A DNA stretch of 52,509 bases. Source: Bacteroidales bacterium. Its GTDB lineage: Bacteria > Bacteroidota > Bacteroidia > Bacteroidales > Muribaculaceae. The stretch covers positions 1 through 52,509 of the forward strand of contig JAJBVP010000290.1 of NCBI GenBank assembly GCA_020859755.1, written 5' to 3'. Position numbers and translations under genes: made by a program. Numbering within the stretch: position 1 is the stretch's first letter; each line of letters starts with the position of its first letter. Below are positions 44,837 through 52,509 of the stretch, one piece after another. The notes beneath the pieces were generated by a model. It was not told the origin of the DNA, searched no databases, and saw nothing but the letters and a program-made list of their open reading frames with translations.

Positions 44837-44910
44837 AACCACTAATGAACACTAATATTCACATTATCACTCCACTTTGTATTTGTGTTTATTCGTGTTC
44901 ATTAGTAGTT
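44837..44910. repeat. 16-bp inverted repeat (one mismatch) flanking a 42-bp segment in the intergenic region between two T9SS cargo genes.
   Basis: AACCACTAATGAACAC at 44837-44852 and GTGTTCATTAGTAGTT at 44895-44910. In addition, TTCACATTAT is directly repeated at 44859-44868 and 44910-44919. Confidence 0.8.
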
Positions 44911-44919
44911 TCACATTAT

Positions 44920-47900
44920 TTATTGGATCGCGATTTTGCGGTTGTTGATAAGATAGATTCCGGGGGCGAGCTTGGGTAGTTGCGGGAGCTTGGATCCCAG
45001 GCAACGACCATCCAGCGAGTAGATTGTATACGGCCAATCGAGTGAATCCACGCTTACGGAGCCTACCCCAGCGGGATCAGTGTCAACTACCACCGAGTTG
45101 ACCGCTGCCGACTCTCCCTCGGGGTATACCACCGTCAACTGGTAGGTGTAGACGCCGATCTCCGAGGGGCTGTCCTTGTAACTGGTTGTACCCGCGGGTA
45201 GCTCAGCCAGCAGCACTCCGTCGCGCCACAAGCGGTAGCCCGTGGGATATGTTACGCCTTGGTAATAGGTGATTTGGTCGAGCATGAAGGCGAAGTTGTT
45301 CACCGAGGTGACGTGGATGGCGAAGTACTTTGCGCCCTCAGGAAGGGTGGCTGTGTACTCAGCCCATTCGCCAGTGGTCTCCTGCTCCTCAACCAGCACT
45401 TGGAACGAGGAGATAGCGGTGTCGGTAGTGGAATAGAGCACCTCGAATGTCTCGTTGCCCCAGTTGGTGGTGAAACTCTTGGCGAAGAACGACACGGTTT
45501 GCTGCACACCTGAGAGTTCGGGCGAGATCAACCAGTCGTCGGCCGGGATGGCCACATAGTTTGTGGTGTCGTATTCGGGGTTGAACGATACCAGGCACTT
45601 GTCACCGTCGTAAGGCAGTACCGACGAGTCGACACCTACACCCTCCACGTCGTCCAATTCACCGGGTGCCCATAGCTGGAACGCCATCGGAGAATTGCCA
45701 TTCGGGATTATGGAGTTGCCATCGTCATCGTAGACGAAGTAGGTAGTGGCCTGGTCGCCGTCGTAGGTGGTCCACGGGGCGAACGAGTCGATCACCCAAG
45801 GCTCATAGCTTTCGAACGACTCCACCTGCTTGGAGGCCGACGAGGTGGGAGCGGTCCACGACAGTTGCACGTCGTACTCCTCGGTCAACTCGCCATAGAG
45901 CATTGCGCCGGTGAGCGACGAGGCGACAATCTGGATGGGGGTGGAGATGGTGTTGTCGTCGTCCACTTCATCCATGGCATACTCGATTTTGGCGGTGAGG
46001 GTGGTGCTCTCGGGGTCAATGCCGGCGATTACCACAGTGCCAGTGATGTCGGTGGCGATAAACGCCTTCAGGTCGATGTTGTCTACGGTTGTGGCCAAGC
46101 GATCGCCCACGTAGAAGTGGATCTTGGCCCCGGTGACGTCATTCAAGCCTTGGTTCTCGATCGTCACGGTGACATTAACTGATTGACCCGTGTGAATCGA
46201 CTCGGGTACGTTGATATCCATTGCGGCGATGTTGCAGTCGTGCATATCGTAGACGCGGATATTGTCGATATAGGTCTGGGCCGTGAGGTCGTCAGATGAG
46301 GTGTTGCGCACGCCCACGAGCGAGTAGTGGCAATCGGCGTATTGGGTCAGGTCGACCGCGGCTACCTGCCACTCCGTGGTGGGAGTTACCTCGCTACCGG
46401 GAACGTCGGTGTATTGGTGGAAGTCGGGGTTGACAACCACGTTGACCTTGTTTTTCGACGATCCCTTGTAATTATATACAATGTAGGGACGCTTGGCCGT
46501 GGAGATGTCCACCTTGCCCGAAAGGAGCATGGAGTTGCCACCCTCGGCCGTGGTGGTGAAGACGAACGTGCCGTCATCGTCGTAGCCGTCGGCAGTGAAG
46601 CCACCCTTGTTGCCGTCGGAATAGGTCCACCAGTAGAGGTCGCCCAAAGCGGCACCGGGGAAGGATTCCCGCAAGGGGAGGTCGTAGGCCGTTCCCATCA
46701 GGTAGGGCGCTGAGGAAACGATTGACGACTCCCCACCCGAGGATGTCTGCGAGATGCCCCAGTAGATGAATTCCTGATTGGGCTCGTAGTAATCGTCGAG
46801 GGTGAGGGTAACTTGGTTGGACTTCAAGTCGGTCATCCAAGGCTCATAGGAGTAGCGGCCGATTTTGTACACCGAGTGGGTCAGAGCGCTTTGGTCGATA
46901 TAGCCGCCGTTGACACCCTCCGAGGCCAGAGGCCACAGAAGGGTGACAGTGCCGTTGAAGTTGTCAATCAGGGCCCGTTGCAGGGCGTAATCCGTGGGCC
47001 ATTTGGGCACGTCAATACCCGTGTAGACCTCTACCGAGGCCGCATCGCCGTTGCCATGGTCGTTGCAAGCGTAGATGATATAGGTGTGCATCCCTTGGGC
47101 CATCCCTTCGTCGCTCACCGAGCAATGCTGACCGGGAGCTACGTCAACTAGAGTCTCCACAAGCATTCCGTCGCGGTAGACCTCCACCTTGGAGATGGAT
47201 TGGAGCTCATCACCGCCGAATGTAAGCATGGGGGCGTCAAATTCCACCGTTGCGGTCAAAACGCCCTTCTCGCCAGGCGTGCCAACGAGGTTGGTGGAAG
47301 CAGCGGGGGATTCGGAGGTAGCACCCGCCACCATCTGCACGCCGCCCAGGTGGAGCACAACGCCGTTAATCGGAGTAATGCAGTGGATACCCACCTTGTA
47401 GGTGTCGGTCGTGGGAGCTGTGAAGGTGCCGGTAAGCGTCTGGTAGTCGCCTTCCTCCACAGTAAGCTCCGTGGAGGGGATTATCTCGAATGTCCACGCC
47501 GAGGGGTCGCTTTCGGTGCCCATCTTCACCTCGAAGGTCTCGGGGAAGTAGTTGGTGGCGTTATAGGCAGTCATGGTGAACGTGTACTGGCGTCCCTCCT
47601 CGAGGTCAATAGCGCCCGATACGAGCCAATCGTCGTTTACGAGGTTGGTGTAAGTGGGGCACTGCACGTCGGTGCTGAAGTTCCACGTCAGACCGTCGTT
47701 GTTGGCGTCGATGATGGTCCAGGAGTTGAGGCAGCCGTCAAAACTGAGTTCGTCGTTCCAGGGGAGGTCGAGTTTGGAGCCAAGTGTGATCACGCGTGAC
47801 GCGGTTGCCACCGATTCGGCGTCGCCGTACACCTGCGTAACTTCGTAGTAGAAGGTTTTGAGGGAGGTGGTGGAGAAGGTTTCGACCAATTGAGGCTCCG

Positions 47901-49218
47901 TGAGTCCATCGAAGTGTACTCGGTCGGGATAGCGCACTACGTTCCAGGTGAGTTCACCCTCCTGAGGCACGATTGTGGAGTTGCGCAGGGCGTACACCGG
48001 GGTCCAAGTGAGCGTTACCTTGCCTGAGAAGCGGCTTACGGTAGCGTCAATAGTGACAATCGACTGCGGCTGGGGATAACCCACATAGGCCTCGGTTTCC
48101 ACCTTGGGCGAAAGGCCGTAGGCGTTGCTCAGGGTGAGTGTGAACGTGTAGTCGCCCGACGAGGTCACGGAGATGGGTGTTTCGACCGTAGAGCCAGGTG
48201 TGGTGACACCGGTGGCGATCTCCTCGTCGTTGGCGGCGATGGTCCAGTTGACAGTGCCGGTAAGGGCCTCGCCTCCATATGAAAGCGTGGGAACAGTGAA
48301 GGTGGCTGTGCCCTCATGCGAGCCTGTTTCAAAACTTACGCTAAAGTCTGTGGCCTCGGCGGGTGCTTGGTCGTCGGCCTGCGGAACGGCCACGCGCAGC
48401 ATGGTCAACTGGGTGTTGTAGGAGAAGTCGCCGCTCCAAGTGGCGTCGCCAGTGGCCGTGTCCACCGAGTAGAGGGCCGTGTGGAAGTCGTCGGAGGTAC
48501 CAAGCGAGGCTGCCCACCACAGGGTGCCGGTCTTGGGGTCAAACGCCATCGACTGCACGTAGGTGCTGGGGGTAATTCCAGTGGAACCAACGAGGGTCTG
48601 CTCGCCGGTGGATTTGTCAAACATATACAGGTCACCCTCCGAGTCGATGGCATAGGGAGTGCCCATCGGGGAGATGGAGAAGGCTATATAGCGGTGGTCG
48701 CATGTGGCGATCTTGTTACGGCTAACCAGGGTATAGTCAACGGCACCAAACTCTCGCCCTTCGCCATCGGCCGTCGAGAAGATGCCGTAGATGCGGCCCG
48801 AAGCAGGGTCGTAGCAAGCGCCCGCGGGCGAGAACAGCTCCATGTCGTAGAGCGGCACTACCGACAGCTGGGTCCACGGCTCGGTGGTGATGTCGTAGGT
48901 GTAGAGATAAATGGTGGAGTAACCCCACCCGGTTGTGTAATAGTAAATGAAGTAGAGACGCGTGTCGGTCCAGGCGCCACCCGAACTCATATCGCACGTA
49001 GCCAGCGAAGTGTTTTCGAGCGAATAGAGGTTGATGGTATCATCGCCGTTCTGGAAGTAATGCAAGCCGTAGGCTGTGGAGGATGTGTCCCAGTTGTCGG
49101 CATGAATCACCTGCGCCCAAAACGTCACGGGAGTGTCGGCGGCTTGTGCCGGAAGCATCGCTCCCAAGGCTACTGCCAACGCCCATCGACGTCCTAAGGT
49201 AAGTAAATGGTTAAACAT
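44920..49218 (-). CDS. Very large secreted surface protein (1432 aa) with repeated cleaved-adhesin / choice-of-anchor-J-like modules and a T9SS C-terminal sorting domain.
   Basis: Signal peptide present. Two DDWL(V/I)S motifs (DDWLVSGAIDLEEG..., ADDWLISPELSG...FEVLYSTTD). C-terminus YTIYSLDGRCLG...GIYLINNRKIAIQ. Confidence 0.85.
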   Translation of the reverse strand: MFNHLLTLGRRWALAVALGAMLPAQAADTPVTFWAQVIHADNWDTSSTAYGLHYFQNGDDTINLYSLENTSLATCDMSSGGAWTDTRLYFIYYYTTGWGYSTIYLYTYDITTEPWTQLSVVPLYDMELFSPAGACYDPASGRIYGIFSTADGEGREFGAVDYTLVSRNKIATCDHRYIAFSISPMGTPYAIDSEGDLYMFDKSTGEQTLVGSTGITPSTYVQSMAFDPKTGTLWWAASLGTSDDFHTALYSVDTATGDATWSGDFSYNTQLTMLRVAVPQADDQAPAEATDFSVSFETGSHEGTATFTVPTLSYGGEALTGTVNWTIAANDEEIATGVTTPGSTVETPISVTSSGDYTFTLTLSNAYGLSPKVETEAYVGYPQPQSIVTIDATVSRFSGKVTLTWTPVYALRNSTIVPQEGELTWNVVRYPDRVHFDGLTEPQLVETFSTTSLKTFYYEVTQVYGDAESVATASRVITLGSKLDLPWNDELSFDGCLNSWTIIDANNDGLTWNFSTDVQCPTYTNLVNDDWLVSGAIDLEEGRQYTFTMTAYNATNYFPETFEVKMGTESDPSAWTFEIIPSTELTVEEGDYQTLTGTFTAPTTDTYKVGIHCITPINGVVLHLGGVQMVAGATSESPAASTNLVGTPGEKGVLTATVEFDAPMLTFGGDELQSISKVEVYRDGMLVETLVDVAPGQHCSVSDEGMAQGMHTYIIYACNDHGNGDAASVEVYTGIDVPKWPTDYALQRALIDNFNGTVTLLWPLASEGVNGGYIDQSALTHSVYKIGRYSYEPWMTDLKSNQVTLTLDDYYEPNQEFIYWGISQTSSGGESSIVSSAPYLMGTAYDLPLRESFPGAALGDLYWWTYSDGNKGGFTADGYDDDGTFVFTTTAEGGNSMLLSGKVDISTAKRPYIVYNYKGSSKNKVNVVVNPDFHQYTDVPGSEVTPTTEWQVAAVDLTQYADCHYSLVGVRNTSSDDLTAQTYIDNIRVYDMHDCNIAAMDINVPESIHTGQSVNVTVTIENQGLNDVTGAKIHFYVGDRLATTVDNIDLKAFIATDITGTVVIAGIDPESTTLTAKIEYAMDEVDDDNTISTPIQIVASSLTGAMLYGELTEEYDVQLSWTAPTSSASKQVESFESYEPWVIDSFAPWTTYDGDQATTYFVYDDDGNSIIPNGNSPMAFQLWAPGELDDVEGVGVDSSVLPYDGDKCLVSFNPEYDTTNYVAIPADDWLISPELSGVQQTVSFFAKSFTTNWGNETFEVLYSTTDTAISSFQVLVEEQETTGEWAEYTATLPEGAKYFAIHVTSVNNFAFMLDQITYYQGVTYPTGYRLWRDGVLLAELPAGTTSYKDSPSEIGVYTYQLTVVYPEGESAAVNSVVVDTDPAGVGSVSVDSLDWPYTIYSLDGRCLGSKLPQLPKLAPGIYLINNRKIAIQ

Positions 49219-49255
49219 AATTGAATTAAGTACTATATTTTTAACTTGTTGTAGA

Positions 49256-52200
49256 TTAGATTTTTACTTTGCGGCCATCGCCGGTGATGTAGATGCCAGG
49301 CTTCACAACATCCTCTACCTTGCGACCCAGCAGGTCGTAGAGAGGTCCTTGCACCGCGCGGCCATCCGTATCAACCAGTTCAACACCAGTGGAGGTGTAG
49401 GAGAAGAGGAACACCTTCACCTCGTTGCTCTCAAAGGGCGTCCCCGAGGTGGCCTCGTCATCTTCAGGGGCCATCCTCGCGCTGGTGGTATCGGTGGTGG
49501 TATAAGTACCTTTTACCTTATAATATGCGTAAACCGAGTAGATGCCTTTCTCCATCAGCGCGTCGCGCTGGGCGTTGGTAAGGGTCACGCGGTGGTAGAG
49601 CGGCTGCCCGCTGCTCGTTACGCCTCCATTCACGTTGGTCCACTCGGCATCACCGTCTATGCGACAGTAAAGAGACGTTTCGTTGTCAACTACCACGTTG
49701 TAACTCTTGGTGTAGGTGACATTCAAGCCGTGCCCATACTCCCAACCATCATCCAGCTGGGTGTTCACGCTCGAGGTCAACGCGAGGTTGCAAATAAGCG
49801 AGGCATCCTTCTGGAGCACCATCCAGTCGCTGGCGTTCCACTGCTGGTAGTTGTCGGAGGCGAGGTACCACACGGGGCGGATCTGAAGGCCCGTGTAGCT
49901 GATCTCGCCCTCGTACTCCATGGGAAGGTAGCTGTAGACGCGCAAGCCGTCTTTCCATGTGACGGTAGCCGTGGCGGCGTCGGTGCCCTCGGGTGTCCAG
50001 CACACGCCATCATTGGTGGCGTGGAGGTTGCTAACGTAGCTCTGGGCCGAGGAATAGGACAGCGGATAGGTGTTGAACCATTCCTCGTCGTAGGTCTCGT
50101 TCCACCCCTCGTATTTGCCGATGACCAAGTTAGTGGCGTCGCCGTTGAAATACTTGGCGACGTTGCTGGCGGCGTCGGAGCTGATTGTGGCCTTGGCGTA
50201 ATTGTCTTTGTTGTCGTCTTGCTCGATAACGTAGCTGCGGGGCACGTTGACGTAAGAGGATGGGTCGCCCTCGACCGAACTGTACAGGCTCGACACGTTG
50301 GCAACGTTGGCCATGCCGCCTGTGCGCATCTGGTACTCTTCGACGCTCATCTGTCGGTAGTGATAGGTCTCGTCGATGGTGGTTTCCTCACCCGATTCCT
50401 CGTCAATAGTGGTAGACTGGCTGATCTTAGAGATGGTCACCTCGCCTACCTCAGTGCCGTCGCTGAGGATCACGGAGTAAACGTGGGAGTCGACCGGCAG
50501 GTAGGCGAAGGTCACCTGGGCGTTGTCCTCGTGCTCGGTGAAGGTGTCACCAAGTACATTGTCCCTATAAGAATCCTTGTTTTTAAGGTAATCGCGGCAC
50601 AGGTATCCGAAGCCGCATTTTTGGCCGGTAACTGTCGAAGACGTGAGCGACAATTTTCTTTGAATCAGCGAGGAATAGCCGTCCTTCACTGATTGGGGAG
50701 CCTCGAGCATAACTGAGGGGGCCGACCACGTGATCGCGTCGCTAGTGTACTCGGGGGCGTCATACACATATTGATACCACGTCAACCCGCTGTCGGCGTC
50801 GAGCGTTGGCGCGGAGACGGTCCACAGGATTGTGGGGTCGGTTGCGTTGGCGTAGGAGCGCTCGTATTTCAAGATGGGATATGGAACTGGGTACGGGGCG
50901 ATGCCGGCGGCTGCTCCCCCCGAATAGTCCCAACCATCTCTTCCTCCCCAGTCGATCACCGGCTGGAGGCGTAGGGCTTGACACTCGGCGCCGTCAATCT
51001 CTTTGGTGTCGCCGGTTGTCACCCATTTACAGCCGATGTTGAAGAGCTGCCAGTCGTAGTTGCGCGAAGTGGTGGTACTGGTACTTTCCACCCAAGCCAA
51101 GAACCATAGTTTTTGGCTGCCGTCGGCGAGGTCGTTGACCACGGGGTTGCCCGTGACGCGGAACAGGTCGTCGGTGAACTGCTGGCCGTCCTGGTCGGTA
51201 AGCTCGTAGTAGTATTGTAGAACGGTGCCCTGAGATCCGGCTTTCTTTCCCGCATAGGTGAAGAAACGACGATCGTAATAGATCATCGAACTGGCGACGT
51301 CGGCTGATGGGCTGAACGCACCGATCTCGGGTCGGATAACCACGGTGTTGGTAGAGCCAGCCGGACCGTAATCGGCGATGTTGTTGGCCTTGTCGTCGTC
51401 CTTGGAGAAGTATTCGGTCCAGAAGTCACCACCGTTGAGGAAGCGTGAGAAATTGCGGCTGTACTCGGCTGACGATGTGGTGACGGTCTCCGTGTCGGTG
51501 GGAAGCAACAACAGCGAGGTATTGGCTGTGGGCACTGCCCCCTTTGTGAGGGAAGAATACTGGTAATCGGTCCAGGCGAAAAGCAGCACAGGGTCGTCGG
51601 GGAAATGCTCCTTCTCGTTGGTGTCCTCCACGATGACAGGGGTGGATGTGGAGGCGTCGAAAGAGGAGCAATACACGGTGTTGTAAGGTGTTACTTCGTG
51701 AGCAACGAGGTCAATGGTAGTGTAGGTAGGGGGGAGGTAGCCTCCCGACTGATCATAGTGGTTCTGGACGTTGCTTTTGTGGCCGAGGTAGCGGAAAGTG
51801 AGTCGCGACGGGTCACCCTGCGGAAGCCAGATGCCGAAATATTTGTCGCCGGCTGAGTGGGCGATGGCGAAGATGCCGTCCAAGTCGGCCTCGTCAACCT
51901 CTTCGTCGTCACATTGGGGGCGAGTGAAGTGGGTGGCACCCCATGTGATCGGCTCATAGGCAAACCATCCGCCTTTTACACAGTCGACACTTGCATTCAC
52001 GCCGCAATGCGACACCCCAGTGTCGGAATTAGAAAAGCGCTCCGGGAAGGTCTGCTCCCCATCAAAATGGGTACCAGCGGTCTTGAGAAGGTGGGACGCG
52101 ATAGTCTTATCAACGAGATTGAACACCCACAGGTATTCGTCGGCGAAGAGGAACACCTCGTCGGTGCCGTCAGCCGTGCCGGTGTCGTAGGTCACAAGGT

Positions 52201-52507
52201 CGAAGGTCGTGGCGAAGATGTCGTTGCAACGCCGCTCCGTGCCAGTATTGTCGCCTGTGCCTGCTATGTTTGAGGGCATCTCTGTAAGATAGCCGCGCAT
52301 GAAAAAACGGCTTTCGACCGGGCACAACATCAGGGGATGCACATCCGAGGAAACCTCATCCCAGTCGATGCGCCAAGTGAAGTCGGGAGCGGTGTTGGAG
52401 GCTCGGCTGTAGTTGTCGCGGCATATGAAGACCTCAAACACGATATTGTGCTGATGCTCCACCGGCGTCGCCGTTTCGATGGTCGCGTTTTGGCGGAGGA
52501 AGCGCAC
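49256..52507 (-). CDS. Very large surface protein (more than 1083 aa) with a T9SS C-terminal sorting domain. The N-terminus lies outside the window.
   Basis: The reading frame is open to the window edge. C-terminus GPLYDLLGRKVEDVVKPGIYITGDGRKVKI. No catalytic family was recognised. Confidence 0.8.
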   Translation of the reverse strand: MRFLRQNATIETATPVEHQHNIVFEVFICRDNYSRASNTAPDFTWRIDWDEVSSDVHPLMLCPVESRFFMRGYLTEMPSNIAGTGDNTGTERRCNDIFATTFDLVTYDTGTADGTDEVFLFADEYLWVFNLVDKTIASHLLKTAGTHFDGEQTFPERFSNSDTGVSHCGVNASVDCVKGGWFAYEPITWGATHFTRPQCDDEEVDEADLDGIFAIAHSAGDKYFGIWLPQGDPSRLTFRYLGHKSNVQNHYDQSGGYLPPTYTTIDLVAHEVTPYNTVYCSSFDASTSTPVIVEDTNEKEHFPDDPVLLFAWTDYQYSSLTKGAVPTANTSLLLLPTDTETVTTSSAEYSRNFSRFLNGGDFWTEYFSKDDDKANNIADYGPAGSTNTVVIRPEIGAFSPSADVASSMIYYDRRFFTYAGKKAGSQGTVLQYYYELTDQDGQQFTDDLFRVTGNPVVNDLADGSQKLWFLAWVESTSTTTSRNYDWQLFNIGCKWVTTGDTKEIDGAECQALRLQPVIDWGGRDGWDYSGGAAAGIAPYPVPYPILKYERSYANATDPTILWTVSAPTLDADSGLTWYQYVYDAPEYTSDAITWSAPSVMLEAPQSVKDGYSSLIQRKLSLTSSTVTGQKCGFGYLCRDYLKNKDSYRDNVLGDTFTEHEDNAQVTFAYLPVDSHVYSVILSDGTEVGEVTISKISQSTTIDEESGEETTIDETYHYRQMSVEEYQMRTGGMANVANVSSLYSSVEGDPSSYVNVPRSYVIEQDDNKDNYAKATISSDAASNVAKYFNGDATNLVIGKYEGWNETYDEEWFNTYPLSYSSAQSYVSNLHATNDGVCWTPEGTDAATATVTWKDGLRVYSYLPMEYEGEISYTGLQIRPVWYLASDNYQQWNASDWMVLQKDASLICNLALTSSVNTQLDDGWEYGHGLNVTYTKSYNVVVDNETSLYCRIDGDAEWTNVNGGVTSSGQPLYHRVTLTNAQRDALMEKGIYSVYAYYKVKGTYTTTDTTSARMAPEDDEATSGTPFESNEVKVFLFSYTSTGVELVDTDGRAVQGPLYDLLGRKVEDVVKPGIYITGDGRKVKI

Positions 52508-52509
52508 GG

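Noticed and set aside
45259-50692. Many plus-strand ORFs, for example 47200..47799, 48316..49197 and 49133..50692 (519 aa).
   Set aside because: They are antisense to the giant T9SS cargo genes. They are Gly/Val/Arg-rich mirror ORFs with no start context or motifs.
1-52509. Diversity-generating retroelement or retron associated with the large surface proteins.
   Set aside because: No ORF in the track shows reverse-transcriptase motifs such as YxDD, and I saw no template/variable repeat pair.

Overview
The window looks like a Bacteroidales chromosome segment. Supporting signs are a tmRNA with the tag GENNYALAA, TAnnTTTG -7 promoter boxes, a 286-aa primary sigma factor and many cargo proteins carrying T9SS C-terminal sorting domains. 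All calls come from reading motifs in the supplied translations and DNA; no database search was run.

Gene order, left to right:
- A spacer-less 32-bp tandem repeat that runs off the window start.
- An acidic repeat protein.
- A BspA-type LRR surface protein (T9SS cargo).
- A double GT2 glycosyltransferase followed by a DAG/lipid kinase.
- A visibly AT-richer two-gene GNAT-toxin module that abuts dnaG.
- dnaG, rpoD, a C10 cysteine peptidase (T9SS cargo) and an outer-membrane beta-barrel protein.
- An 11.9-kb integrative element inserted in the 3' end of tRNA-Pro(CGG).
- A GH3/serine-hydrolase fusion, a 5'-nucleotidase and a glycerate kinase.
- A TetR-controlled TolC + YbhGFSR-like ABC efflux operon.
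- tmRNA (ssrA).
- Three very large, same-strand orphan T9SS cargo genes; the last is truncated by the window end.

The tRNA-Pro element is the most interesting region:
- Its boundaries are 27-bp direct repeats, and the native tRNA terminator has been displaced to the left flank.
- It carries a tyrosine integrase, a toprim primase-like gene, an SF3 helicase-like gene and a DUF3853-like HTH gene.
- It has an AT-rich iteron-like cluster next to the helicase gene.
- A 27-bp module is duplicated at both ends.
- I recognised no relaxase, coupling protein or capsid gene.
- Its cargo is a DUF1016 PD-(D/E)xK nuclease with three in-frame 27-bp palindromes, a TPR-TM-LuxR regulator, a beta-barrel OMP and a 370-aa orphan.

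Other items worth a second look are the toxin/dnaG start-stop overlap, an inverted-repeat-flanked 42-bp segment between two T9SS cargo genes, and several small repeats and palindromes.
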